From Escherichia phage EcWhh-1, in sequence record MH791409.1: a DNA stretch of 64,000 nt. One strand, 5' to 3'. Every line of letters begins with the position of its first letter. Position 1 is the first letter of the stretch. The notes beneath the pieces are model-generated. The model saw nothing but the letters and a program-made list of their open reading frames with translations. It was not told the origin of the DNA and ran no database searches. Below, in pieces: positions 24,185-33,471 of this stretch. The translations under genes were made by a program, and so were the position numbers.

Positions 24185-24244
24185 TATCTGTTCCTCAAGT
24201 GAATGTAGGTACATTATACACTATTTTTAATAAATTTCTATTGC

Positions 24245-24745
24245 TTAAATCTTATCTTTACCGTATTCCATGCACTGTTCTACTGCAGCAGGCACTTTGG
24301 TCTTAAGCTTGTTGATTTGTTTCTTATAATCACGAGCCTTATCGAAGCTCTCGGTTTCGAGCATTTCGTAATAACGAGCCTCGTGGACAGAAATCTGTAG
24401 ATTGATATGGTTTACACACATGGCATACAGTTTCTGCTTTTTGTACAAATCATCTTGGCGCTTCATTTCTGCCTGGTGTTTGGCTAGTACCGCTTCACGC
24501 TTAGACTCTTGTTCACGTTGGAATTCGATTTCCCTTTGAGCATATTTTGCACAGTTATTACCACATTGATTATTAGCTCGGGTGTACACAAGTCCAGAAC
24601 CGGCACGGAATTTCATTTCGCCGTCGAATTGTTTCTGTTCAGCTGCGATACGAGCTTTACCAACTTCATCAGCAGAAACTGCATCACCGTATTGGACTGC
24701 GCAACCTGATAGGAGCATACTCATTGCGATAATTAACTTTTTCAT
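24245..24745 (-). CDS. predicted lipoprotein, 166 aa
   Basis: MKKLIIAMSMLLSG|C lipobox. Coiled-coil-like, charged mature part. Confidence 0.6.
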   Translation of the reverse strand: MKKLIIAMSMLLSGCAVQYGDAVSADEVGKARIAAEQKQFDGEMKFRAGSGLVYTRANNQCGNNCAKYAQREIEFQREQESKREAVLAKHQAEMKRQDDLYKKQKLYAMCVNHINLQISVHEARYYEMLETESFDKARDYKKQINKLKTKVPAAVEQCMEYGKDKI

Positions 24746-24752
24746 AATATCC

Positions 24753-24890
24753 TCAATTAAAACAGTTATACTTAATTTGTGCTATAAGAATAATCCATCC
24801 CATGATTAATGTTGGAATCATTGGAGGAATTGCCACTGCCCAATAAACGGTAAAGGCAGCCATTATAAGAAATAAAATAATTATCTTCAT
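24753..24890 (-). CDS. membrane micro-protein, 45 aa
   Basis: Below cutoff. ATGA overlap with the imm stop. MKIIILFLIMAAFTVYWAVAIPPMIPTLIMGWIILIAQ... Confidence 0.45.
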   Translation of the reverse strand: MKIIILFLIMAAFTVYWAVAIPPMIPTLIMGWIILIAQIKYNCFN

Positions 24891-25123
24891 TGTTTAACGA
24901 TAATGATTTGTGCGTTTGATTTATGTTCAGCGACTATAGCCCAGATTAAAGCCACTACCCAACCAATCATCGTCCACCCTAACAGGAGATTAAGGAAGAA
25001 GATTCCGACATTGCTACGAGTGCCTCGCAGAAGGGCCAGAATCCATGGTAAAAAGTAACCAATGAACATAATAACCAGAGAACCGAATCCTAAAACACCA
25101 GCACTAACGATTAAAGCTTCCAT
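24887..25123 (-). CDS. imm: superinfection immunity protein Imm-like
   Basis: Start at ATG 25123 (GAGGAAAT SD). Two TM segments. LNLLLGWTMIGWVVALIWAI matches the Imm_superinfect signature. Lies at the T4 imm position. Confidence 0.7.
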   Translation of the reverse strand: MEALIVSAGVLGFGSLVIMFIGYFLPWILALLRGTRSNVGIFFLNLLLGWTMIGWVVALIWAIVAEHKSNAQIIIVKQ

Positions 25124-25154
25124 TGTAATTTCCTCTAAGTAGTTGATAGGAAGG

Positions 25155-25184
25155 ATACTACCACGTTCCTTGTGGTATGTAAAC
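25155..25184 (-). promoter_or_regulatory. early-type promoter
   Basis: GTTTAC (25184-25179), 18 nt, TAGTAT (25160-25155). Lies right after the gene 43 stop. Confidence 0.5.
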
Positions 25185-25186
25185 AC

Positions 25187-27898
25187 TTAAAAGTCGAACA
25201 TATCAAATAATGTTGCTTTTTTCTCGTAGTCGATTTTAGCAGACTCGGTAAAACCAGTTAGAGGCTTGATAAAGGTCTTTTGGAACAGTACGTTGTAGTC
25301 CATCCAACGGAGGACTTGGTCACGAATCTGAACTGGGAGTTCAATACCTGACGGCCATGCCATACAGGCTTCACCAAACGGGTTGCCTTCTTTAAGTGGC
25401 AGTACATATACCTTTTCACCGTCAACGATACGAGGCATAGTCAAATCACCAGCAGAAGCACGCATGTAAGCTAAGCAACCTTTGATGTGGTACGGGCATT
25501 TAGAACCAGGGAATCCGCCTTCATTATATTTCTCGATGTTGTTAGCACTGGATACTGCTGCAATGCTTACATAGTCCAGTTCGTTAAATTCCTTATTAAA
25601 CTGTTTGAAATATTCTTGCAAAGACGCCTCGCCTTCTTGAAGCATACGACGGATACATTCTTTCAGAGCTTTCTGAACAGCTTTAGGTGTACTTGATTTC
25701 TGAGTTTCGAGACCCATGATTTTCAAGTGTGGTTCGGCATAACGAGTGCCTTCCATGTCCCAAACGTTCAGTGCATAACGTTTCTTGCCTGTCCAGAATC
25801 CACCAAGACCTTTAGAACCAAGTGGAGGACCTGCGATAGCTTCTCGGTCCATGAACATCAAGTGTTGTTTGTTGTTCATGTATTCGCACATCTCACGGAA
25901 GCCTGCATCAATAGTCGGTTCCATACGTTCACGTGCAAATTTATCTAAGAAGTCGACCCAGTGGTTAGTGTCACGGAATTTATCTTCGCCTACTTTATTG
26001 ATGATTGCATCTGCCTTAACATAAATGGAGTCAGTATCACCATAGAGCACGAACTTCTGGTTTTCAGTCTTACACACGCTATTCAGATATTCGTTAACCT
26101 TACGTTCAATCCATTGGAGAGCCATTTGACCAAACAGTGTGATTGCAGTTGCGTTCCTGAGGTCGTAATAACGAAACCATACGTTACCAAGTGCACCATA
26201 AAGGGAGTTGATAAGCAACTTACGGTTAATCTGAGCAGTGTTACCTGCAACTTCGGTACGTTCAGCTCTGAACAACATTTCTTTTAAAGAAGAGGCCGAC
26301 AGTTTTTTAATCTGGGCTTTTATTTCATCAGAGAAGTCGAAACGGTAATCGATATCCAGTGGACTATCAACAGACAGATTAGGATTTTCCAATGCTTCTT
26401 TAATTAACTCGCCATTACGTTGGGCTGCAAGCATATAACCTTTATGTTCTTTACGTTGTAAGAACACCTTCGTGATTTCTGTAGGAATCACACCATCACG
26501 GTCTTTATAGTACATCATGCCGTTAGGAGAGCAACTGTAGGTGTCGCTAGGACGCGGAGCAGTTCCGGCAATATATTCATGTATCGGTGCGTTGGCGAAT
26601 GTGCCTGCGATGGTCTCTGGGCTTATATTCACTTGTCGAATGATACTCGGGTACAGAGATGTAAGGTCGAAACTCATTACATATTTGTACGCGTTAGGAA
26701 TAGGTTCCTTAACGAAAGCACCTGGATAAGGTTGAACCGCATGCGATTTGGCCTGAGGAATAACTTTACCCTGTTCTTTAAGGCTATTAAAGATAATAGC
26801 GTCCCAAGTCTTAATTGGACTGAACACCGACTGAATCTGCATCTTAGCATAATAACCCATGTCCAGACTAAGAAGAATGAACTGGCGTTTCATATCAATC
26901 TGCACAACACGATATACGTCGATAATGTTATAGGAAATATATCGTTGGTGGTTCGTCTCACGTAACTTGGAGATAGGACCATCATATTTCAACTTACCTA
27001 CTTTCAATTCATATTCAGAAACATAATCCAGAGAATAAGAAGGCTGGTTAGTAAAGCTGAATTTTTTATAAAGGTCGATATAATCCAGAACAGAGATACC
27101 GAACAGTGTAATAATTTCGCGAACACCGTACATATTCTCGATAACTTTAACACGAGTCTTACGATGTGGGCTTAATCGCTTAGCAGTGTTCTCACCAAAC
27201 AGATTTTTCAGACGGTTATAAACGTATGGCACGTCAAATGATTCAACGTTCCATCCAGTCAAAATCACAGGAGTTTTCTGTTGCCAGAAATTCAGATACT
27301 CAAGCATCATTTCTTCTTCAGAATTAAACGGAAGATAAACGATTTTGTCAATGATTTCTTGTGGAACTTCGTCACCACCTTCGTCTTGGAGTTTCTCAGC
27401 GATTTTAATCGACCACTCTTCGACCGTACCATAAGGTGAAACTAAAAGGTCAAATACATAGAATTTATCATCAATCGAGTCGTAGTGAGTAATGGCATCG
27501 ATAGGATGTTTAGCCTGGGCAGGTTCAGGGAATCCATCAGGGGATGTTACCTCGATGTCGAAGTTAGCAATACGAATCTTGGAAGAATCATACTTGATTT
27601 CTTTACGATAGGTATCAGACAAATAGGCTAATTTATAGTCGTCCATACCAAGGGCTTCGAGACCCATATCGTCCATGCGCTTCATCCACTGAGAAGCATC
27701 GCGCATTGAATCGAATTCTTTCTTAACACAACCCTTACCGTAGATGTCAATATATTTTACGGCTTGCTCTGGGTTAGCGTGCATAAACATTGTAGGCTTG
27801 TAAGGAACTTCACGACTACGTTCGTTACCATTTTTATCGATGTAACGTTCGAGAATATTATCACCGATTTGTTCGACTGTCAAATAGAATTCTTGCAT
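25187..27898 (-). CDS. 43: DNA polymerase (family B)
   Basis: Start at ATG 27898 (MQEFYLTVEQIGD, AAGGAA SD). Very close to RB69/T4 gp43 as recalled (FDIEV exo I, SLYPSII, YGDTDS). Confidence 0.97.
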   Translation of the reverse strand: MQEFYLTVEQIGDNILERYIDKNGNERSREVPYKPTMFMHANPEQAVKYIDIYGKGCVKKEFDSMRDASQWMKRMDDMGLEALGMDDYKLAYLSDTYRKEIKYDSSKIRIANFDIEVTSPDGFPEPAQAKHPIDAITHYDSIDDKFYVFDLLVSPYGTVEEWSIKIAEKLQDEGGDEVPQEIIDKIVYLPFNSEEEMMLEYLNFWQQKTPVILTGWNVESFDVPYVYNRLKNLFGENTAKRLSPHRKTRVKVIENMYGVREIITLFGISVLDYIDLYKKFSFTNQPSYSLDYVSEYELKVGKLKYDGPISKLRETNHQRYISYNIIDVYRVVQIDMKRQFILLSLDMGYYAKMQIQSVFSPIKTWDAIIFNSLKEQGKVIPQAKSHAVQPYPGAFVKEPIPNAYKYVMSFDLTSLYPSIIRQVNISPETIAGTFANAPIHEYIAGTAPRPSDTYSCSPNGMMYYKDRDGVIPTEITKVFLQRKEHKGYMLAAQRNGELIKEALENPNLSVDSPLDIDYRFDFSDEIKAQIKKLSASSLKEMLFRAERTEVAGNTAQINRKLLINSLYGALGNVWFRYYDLRNATAITLFGQMALQWIERKVNEYLNSVCKTENQKFVLYGDTDSIYVKADAIINKVGEDKFRDTNHWVDFLDKFARERMEPTIDAGFREMCEYMNNKQHLMFMDREAIAGPPLGSKGLGGFWTGKKRYALNVWDMEGTRYAEPHLKIMGLETQKSSTPKAVQKALKECIRRMLQEGEASLQEYFKQFNKEFNELDYVSIAAVSSANNIEKYNEGGFPGSKCPYHIKGCLAYMRASAGDLTMPRIVDGEKVYVLPLKEGNPFGEACMAWPSGIELPVQIRDQVLRWMDYNVLFQKTFIKPLTGFTESAKIDYEKKATLFDMFDF

Positions 27899-27956
27899 TT
27901 CATTTCCTTTATAGACGAGTGATTGTCTTTTGTTTGTTGATGAATCATTATACTCC

Positions 27957-27978
27957 AAAAAGGGACTTCGGTCCCTTT
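27957..27978 (-). other. 8-bp hairpin upstream of gene 43
   Basis: AAAGGGAC-CGAA-GUCCCUUU then UUGGAG-TATAAT (27952-27947). May be a weak terminator, a leader hairpin or a promoter context. Confidence 0.4.
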
Positions 27979-27980
27979 GC

Positions 27981-28196
27981 TTAAATTTCTATTGTCAAGC
28001 GTTTAATAGTCGGATTGCCATCTTCGTCTTTAGTTTTAATCATAGCCTGGAAGACTTGCTGACCTGGATGTAGTAACTTATGGAGGTCCTTTTGAAATTC
28101 TATTTGGAGCTCTTCGGAAAGGTCAAAAACAGTTTGAGTTGGTGAAAGCCCATACACCTCTTTAAGACGTTCGCACGTTTCAATTTCAAGAATCAT
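27981..28196 (-). CDS. hypothetical protein, 71 aa
   Basis: ATG 28196 lies 1 nt after the regA TAA. The track N-terminal extension overlaps regA. Confidence 0.5.
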   Translation of the reverse strand: MILEIETCERLKEVYGLSPTQTVFDLSEELQIEFQKDLHKLLHPGQQVFQAMIKTKDEDGNPTIKRLTIEI

Positions 28197-28197
28197 A

Positions 28198-28560
28198 TTA
28201 ATTACCAATCGTATACTTAGACAATAGTTCCCAGTCATTTTTCTGTTTAAAGGAAATGACACGGAAATTATTAGTAATTTCGAACAATTCAGAATCGTCT
28301 ACTATATCAATAAGTCCCCAATCCTTAAGAAGCTGGGCGATAGAATCACGACGTTGGTAGTCTTCACCATCGATATCTACCTGGCGGCCATCCATACGCA
28401 ACATCTCTTTAAAGTGGACAATATAATACCGTCCTTGCTTTTGCAAAATGTGACAGGATTGATATAGTTTCTTTTCTTTATTATTAGCGATACCCATACG
28501 AGTCAGGGTCTCTTTCACTTTCAAAAAGTCTTCAGGTTGTTTCAGAGTAATTTCAATCAT
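28198..28560 (-). CDS. regA: RegA translational repressor
   Basis: 120 aa. MIEITLKQPEDFLKVKETLTRMGIANN...FRVISFKQK is near-identical in pattern to T4 RegA. Confidence 0.95.
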   Translation of the reverse strand: MIEITLKQPEDFLKVKETLTRMGIANNKEKKLYQSCHILQKQGRYYIVHFKEMLRMDGRQVDIDGEDYQRRDSIAQLLKDWGLIDIVDDSELFEITNNFRVISFKQKNDWELLSKYTIGN

Positions 28561-28566
28561 TTTAAT

Positions 28567-29139
28567 TTACCATTCCAATGCTTTCTTTTTCAAGTCTTTT
28601 TGTTCTTTCACATTTTTAGTTACGGATTTCAGGAACTCGTCCGTAACCAACCCTTTCATCTTCTTAAGCATTGCTGGAAGATGGCCTTTAATTTTATAAG
28701 TCTCGAGATAACGATAAGCGTCATCATTATTAATTGAATGGTATTTCATCAATAAACGAGTAATAAAAACTACACTAACTTCATCATCATGGGCCTTAGC
28801 CCATTTACCAAATCTCTTACCCTTAGGAACGGCATGTAAAAGATAATTGAAGTGACTTTGGTCGTCAAGTTTAAGACAGTTAACCATCGCGGCTTGCATA
28901 ATACAATCTACGTGTTGGCTCAAACTATTATCTAGCCAAAATTGATTATAGTTTTCTGATTGAGCCAAGTTACGTTGTTTTTTACCGTATGTGATATCGT
29001 TCATAATGGCAAACAATTCGTTTTCAGCCTTTTCTTTAAATGAATCGGCTAAGGCTTGAATAGCAGCGTCGTTACGTTGTTTCCAAGCAACTTCATGTTC
29101 ATTCAGTTCAACGTCATCATCAAAAAGACTTATAGCCAT
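28567..29139 (-). CDS. 62: clamp loader small subunit
   Basis: 190 aa. T4 gp62-like (NEHEVAW, GLVTDEFLKSVTKNVKEQK). Confidence 0.92.
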   Translation of the reverse strand: MAISLFDDDVELNEHEVAWKQRNDAAIQALADSFKEKAENELFAIMNDITYGKKQRNLAQSENYNQFWLDNSLSQHVDCIMQAAMVNCLKLDDQSHFNYLLHAVPKGKRFGKWAKAHDDEVSVVFITRLLMKYHSINNDDAYRYLETYKIKGHLPAMLKKMKGLVTDEFLKSVTKNVKEQKDLKKKALEW

Positions 29140-30089
29140 TGGAGCTCCAGAGCAAGTTGGATAAACAGATAAGTCAGGTGAATTTCTGGGTTAGCAGCAA
29201 TACCATGGTATTGGTTATTTTCACCGACGATTTCATACATTCTAACAATGCTTGGTCCAGGCAATTTACCATAGAGTTCATTAGCCAATGTCATAATAAA
29301 GTTGGCATAATCATTGACATGACGTGGAGCTAATGCACGGAGTTCTTTAAAGTTTTTATCTTTCAGTGCAGCCACTACTTCATCAATAGGCGAATTGGTA
29401 TTCATTACAATACTCAAAATGCCTGTATCGATTTTACCACTTGAGGAATAACGGTCTAGTTGGTTAACTGTTTTACGGAAGTCAGGGAAGTTTTGTTTAA
29501 CCAAAGCAGCAATAACTTTAAGGTCTTCGACTTCGATATTTTCGTTTTTACAAATTGCTACGGCACGATGAATCATTTCTTTCATCATGGCTGTTTGGTC
29601 AGCTGGAGTGGCTTCACCAAATTTAATTACACGACAACGGGATTGAAGTGGACCGATGATACCATCAATATTGTTTGCTGTAATAATTACAGAACAGTTT
29701 GAGGAATAGGCCTCTAAGAATGAACGAAGGTGGCGTTGAGCTTCAGCAACACCAGCACGGTCGAATTCGTCAATAACAATTACCTTACGTTTACCTTCGA
29801 TAGATTTAGAAGATGCAAAACGAGTAAGTTCGTTACGAACGAAATCAATACGACAGTCGGAACCGTTAACAAACAACATGTCTGAATTTGTATCAGCACA
29901 CAATGCTTTAGCCACGGTAGTTTTACCTGTGCCTGGTGAAGCAGAGACTAGGATAATGTTAGGGATTAGGCCCTTATTAACAATGGCTTGGAGGGTTTCT
30001 TTATCATGTGCAGGCAGAATACACTCAGATAAAGTACCTGGACGATATTTCTGTTCGAACATGAATTCATTATTGTTTACTGTAAGCAT
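29130..30089 (-). CDS. 44: clamp loader large subunit (AAA+)
   Basis: 319 aa. EQKYRP, SPGTGKTT, VIVIDEFD, SRC. T4 gp44-like. Confidence 0.95.
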   Translation of the reverse strand: MLTVNNNEFMFEQKYRPGTLSECILPAHDKETLQAIVNKGLIPNIILVSASPGTGKTTVAKALCADTNSDMLFVNGSDCRIDFVRNELTRFASSKSIEGKRKVIVIDEFDRAGVAEAQRHLRSFLEAYSSNCSVIITANNIDGIIGPLQSRCRVIKFGEATPADQTAMMKEMIHRAVAICKNENIEVEDLKVIAALVKQNFPDFRKTVNQLDRYSSSGKIDTGILSIVMNTNSPIDEVVAALKDKNFKELRALAPRHVNDYANFIMTLANELYGKLPGPSIVRMYEIVGENNQYHGIAANPEIHLTYLFIQLALELQWL

Positions 30090-30126
30090 ATTAATTTCCT
30101 CAGGTTTGTTTTTACATTATACTCCA

Positions 30127-30145
30127 AGGGAGGAATTTCCTCCCT
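30127..30145 (-). other. hairpin between genes 45 and 44
   Basis: GGGAGGA-(AUU)-UCCUCCC, followed by TTGGAG-TATAAT (30121-30116). Same architecture as upstream of gene 43. Confidence 0.4.
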
Positions 30146-30150
30146 ATGCT

Positions 30151-30849
30151 TTAGAACGAGTGGCTTGAGCCTGCTTCCATAGCTAATACATAAGAAGCTT
30201 GTGTACCTTCAAACTTAGCTGCAAATCGAGCATCCTGACCTTCACCGCGCGCCCATAACAACACATGATAATCAGCAGGCATCATTTTCATATTGGTTTT
30301 GTTAATGATGAACTTAAAGTCAGGACCATCATGGTCGGCCACGACCAGAGAATACAATGGGCGAGTTAATTCTTTATCGTCGACTTGTTTATAACCGTTG
30401 ATAACAATTTTACCATCGTCTACAGTGATTGCAAATGTATCAATACTCAGACCAGAGGACACACGCATCAACTGTTGATAATCTTCGGCTTTCAGGTCGA
30501 AAATAACTTCGGCCACAGGGAACGGAATAGCTTTACTTGGGAATGCGATTGTGCTTGGGTCGGCAATAGGCCACTTAATTGTTGAACGTTGGTCTTTAAT
30601 AATTAATGTTGTTTGGTCTTCACTTACCGAAACTTCAGCACTTTCCGATACCAAAGACAGAATACTTAAGAAGCCATTCAAATCATAGATTGCTGCTTCG
30701 ATATCGAAGGTATCACTTACAGTAGCTTCACCATAACTTGCACCGGTAACAGATCGGGTCAGAATGGTGTTACCTGGTTTAAGCATAATGCCTGGGTTAA
30801 TACCAGAGAAGTTTTTAAGAATGTTCAGGGTTTCTTTAGAGAATTTCAT
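30151..30849 (-). CDS. 45: sliding clamp
   Basis: 232 aa. Colinear with T4 gp45 (AIYDLNGFL, IFINKTNMKM-type block). Confidence 0.95.
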   Translation of the reverse strand: MKFSKETLNILKNFSGINPGIMLKPGNTILTRSVTGASYGEATVSDTFDIEAAIYDLNGFLSILSLVSESAEVSVSEDQTTLIIKDQRSTIKWPIADPSTIAFPSKAIPFPVAEVIFDLKAEDYQQLMRVSSGLSIDTFAITVDDGKIVINGYKQVDDKELTRPLYSLVVADHDGPDFKFIINKTNMKMMPADYHVLLWARGEGQDARFAAKFEGTQASYVLAMEAGSSHSF

Positions 30850-30874
30850 AATGTTTCCTTATCAAGTCAAATTA

Positions 30875-31309
30875 TTAAGCAATTACGATCATTTGTTTAC
30901 GGATTGATTCAGGCAGAGATTCAATATACTCTGGAATCTTGGAAGCAATAATAGAACCGGCTTCAAGCAACTGCTCATCAGGGTCGACGCAATAATCATC
31001 TTCTAAACGTTCAGAACCGTCGCGGTCGATAACAAGTTTAGCACCTGCAGCCAAAGAATCTTTAAAGTGTTTACGCATGATTTCAATCCACTTATCAGAT
31101 ACATCATTATCGATGATACTGTACAGCATAAACTTGGTTTCTTGTGGAAGAGACTGCAGTCGGCGTGCAGAGTCGGTATCAATATTCAGTACCCATGATT
31201 TACGGATACGGTTCTGATTATGTGGGTTGGAATCAGTACGGATGGTTTTAACTTGGATATCTTTAACGGTAACGCCATTAGAAGTAGCAAACATAATATT
31301 TTCTCTCAT
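30875..31309 (-). CDS. rpbA: RpbA-position protein (RNA polymerase-binding protein slot)
   Basis: Lies between 45.2 and 45 as in T4. Alternative start ATG 31294. A consensus middle promoter lies upstream. Confidence 0.5.
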   Translation of the reverse strand: MRENIMFATSNGVTVKDIQVKTIRTDSNPHNQNRIRKSWVLNIDTDSARRLQSLPQETKFMLYSIIDNDVSDKWIEIMRKHFKDSLAAGAKLVIDRDGSERLEDDYCVDPDEQLLEAGSIIASKIPEYIESLPESIRKQMIVIA

Positions 31310-31324
31310 TTAGTTGGTAAATGT

Positions 31325-31350
31325 ATTATAAATCAATATTTTAAAGCAAT
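31325..31350 (-). promoter_or_regulatory. MotA-type middle promoter
   Basis: ATTGCTTTA (31350-31342), 11 nt, TATAAT (31330-31325). Confidence 0.6.
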
Positions 31351-31542
31351 TTAATCAAAGTACTCATAGACAAACCATGCTGGATTTCTATTTGACATGA
31401 TTGTAACATATTCTGACTTAAAAGCATTTTGGAGATAATCTTCAGTAACAAGATGTTCGTCTCCAGAGAAGTTGTTAACTAAAACATATCTCTTTATTTC
31501 TGGAACGGCCAACAAATGCTGGCCTGTTATAAAATCACTCAT
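31351..31542 (-). CDS. hypothetical protein, 63 aa (45.2 slot)
   Basis: 4-nt overlap with the gene 46 stop. Confidence 0.5.
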   Translation of the reverse strand: MSDFITGQHLLAVPEIKRYVLVNNFSGDEHLVTEDYLQNAFKSEYVTIMSNRNPAWFVYEYFD

Positions 31543-33221
31543 TCTAACACCGTGAATCGCCCAACTTTCTTCATTTGAAGATGTTGGCCATAAGCTTGTG
31601 GGTCATGGTCTCGGTGAGAGATAATGAACACGTTCGTATCCTCAAGGCTATTCAAGATGGTTGCAATGCTCTTAACGCCTTCAGAATCCGTGGCACTGTC
31701 AAATACCTCATCAAGAATCAGTGTGGATATATTAACACCTGATACCCTAGAAGCAATATCACGCCATGTAAAAAGTAGTGCGATATCAATACGTGCTTTC
31801 TCACCCTGTGAAAATGAAGCATAACTAAAGTCTTCACGTCCACGTGATTTAATCGTCTCATTGAATTCTTCGTCTAGGGTAAAGACGTAGTCCGCTTCCA
31901 TAATCTTCAAATAAGAATTAATCTGCTTATTAAAGATAGGAATGTATTTCTTAATAATGGAACCTTTAATACCTGTATCCTTCAACATTTCTGTCAGAAT
32001 TCCACGATGATATTTTTCCATTACCAAGGACGATTTGGTAGAGACGATTTTATCAAGCTCTGCTTGAAGCGCAGCAATCTCTTCGGCATTACTTACGAAC
32101 TCAGCTGCCGCTTGGTCAATTAATACCTTAACCTTTTTGGCTTTCTCTACAGCAGTAATGGCTTGCTGCTTATGAGTAGCTATCTGAGATTTAATAGCCA
32201 ACGCTTTATTGCGTTGTTCTGTTACTTGGTCTTTAATGAGCTTGAGCTCTTGGTATTGCTCATTAATCTTATCCAAAGATTTTTGAAGCTCAAAGTTTTT
32301 ATCCTTAATTTTAGTAAGGATATTACCATGCTCTTCTAACCCTTGCATACACGTAGGGCAGTGACCACCGGTTTCGTATAACTTAACCACCTTTGTAAAG
32401 GTTGCCATATCATTTTTGATTGCAAATCCTTTATTACTCAGGTCACTCATGGAATCGCTAGGGTCATCATCTACGATAACATTGAGTAATTCATCAGTCA
32501 GGGATTCTATGCTCGCCTTAGCAGTCCTGGCTTCTTTAACGAGCTCATCATACATTAATTGTAGACGGGCAGCGTTTTCGCCAGATAATTTACGTTGACG
32601 TTCTTCGTTGTCATTATAAATTTTAATTTGTTGGGTAATAGAATCTTGCTTAACGTCTATTACTTGGATTTGGCTATTAGTCTCACGAATCAAAGATTTG
32701 TTCAACTTATCCATATCCGCCAATACAGAAACCTCTAAGAGGTCTTCGACGAGTTTTCTTCTTGCAGGAGTGGATAGGCCCATAAAAGGGGTATATCCAG
32801 CTGTGCCGAGTACGACAATTTGTTTGAAGCTTGCATAGGACATTCCGATAAGCTGTTCAAATTCCGCTTGGAAGTCTTTACTGCTGGCAGATTCATCAAG
32901 ACGTTCACCGTCACAAGAGATTTCAAAAACGTTGGGTTTTTGCCCGCGTTTGATATAGTATTCTTTGCCATCATATTCCATCCACAGTTCGACCAAAAGG
33001 TCTTTCTTGTTACTTGAGTTAATCAACTGCCCTTTCTTAACATCACGAAAAGGCTTACCGAACAGAGCAAATGTTACAGCTTCAAGGAATGTTGATTTCC
33101 CTGCACCATTTTTACCAGTGACTAAGGTCTTTTGGACCTTATCAAGTTGGATTGTAATGGGCTGCTGCCCGACCGACATAATATTTTTATACGTTACTTT
33201 CTTTAACTTAAAAGTCTTCAT
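31539..33221 (-). CDS. 46: recombination endonuclease subunit (Rad50/SbcC-like)
   Basis: Start at ATG 33221 gives 560 aa, colinear with T4 gp46 (GKNGAGKST, FSQGEKARIDIALLF, LILDEVFD). Confidence 0.95.
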   Translation of the reverse strand: MKTFKLKKVTYKNIMSVGQQPITIQLDKVQKTLVTGKNGAGKSTFLEAVTFALFGKPFRDVKKGQLINSSNKKDLLVELWMEYDGKEYYIKRGQKPNVFEISCDGERLDESASSKDFQAEFEQLIGMSYASFKQIVVLGTAGYTPFMGLSTPARRKLVEDLLEVSVLADMDKLNKSLIRETNSQIQVIDVKQDSITQQIKIYNDNEERQRKLSGENAARLQLMYDELVKEARTAKASIESLTDELLNVIVDDDPSDSMSDLSNKGFAIKNDMATFTKVVKLYETGGHCPTCMQGLEEHGNILTKIKDKNFELQKSLDKINEQYQELKLIKDQVTEQRNKALAIKSQIATHKQQAITAVEKAKKVKVLIDQAAAEFVSNAEEIAALQAELDKIVSTKSSLVMEKYHRGILTEMLKDTGIKGSIIKKYIPIFNKQINSYLKIMEADYVFTLDEEFNETIKSRGREDFSYASFSQGEKARIDIALLFTWRDIASRVSGVNISTLILDEVFDSATDSEGVKSIATILNSLEDTNVFIISHRDHDPQAYGQHLQMKKVGRFTVLE

Positions 33222-33471
33222 CGTTATAAGCATCCTTGATGCATGATTCAGCCATATGAATTAATGTTTCTGGAGTATCATCTACCATTACATTAAAGCT
33301 AAATTCTACAGCCCAATCGGTAGCAACATAAACTTTAATAAGCTCGTTGGTATCGCGAGTGCTCACGGCTTCAAACCAGAACTTAATTGTACTAGGTTGA
33401 CCATCATCATCAATAACTATACAGTCGTGTTCCAGTTCAAGTCCCGATTTTTTGAATTCATCTAAAGTCAT
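33208..33471 (-). CDS. hypothetical protein, 87 aa (46.1 slot)
   Basis: ATGA overlap with the gene 47 stop. Confidence 0.5.
   Translation of the reverse strand: MTLDEFKKSGLELEHDCIVIDDDGQPSTIKFWFEAVSTRDTNELIKVYVATDWAVEFSFNVMVDDTPETLIHMAESCIKDAYNDEDF

Noticed and set aside
27899-27958. A 20-codon N-terminal extension of DNA polymerase (MEYNDSSTNKRQSLVYKGNE).
   Set aside because: Homology to T4/RB69 gp43 begins at MQEFYL (ATG 27898), which has an AAGGAA SD. The extension would cover the leader.
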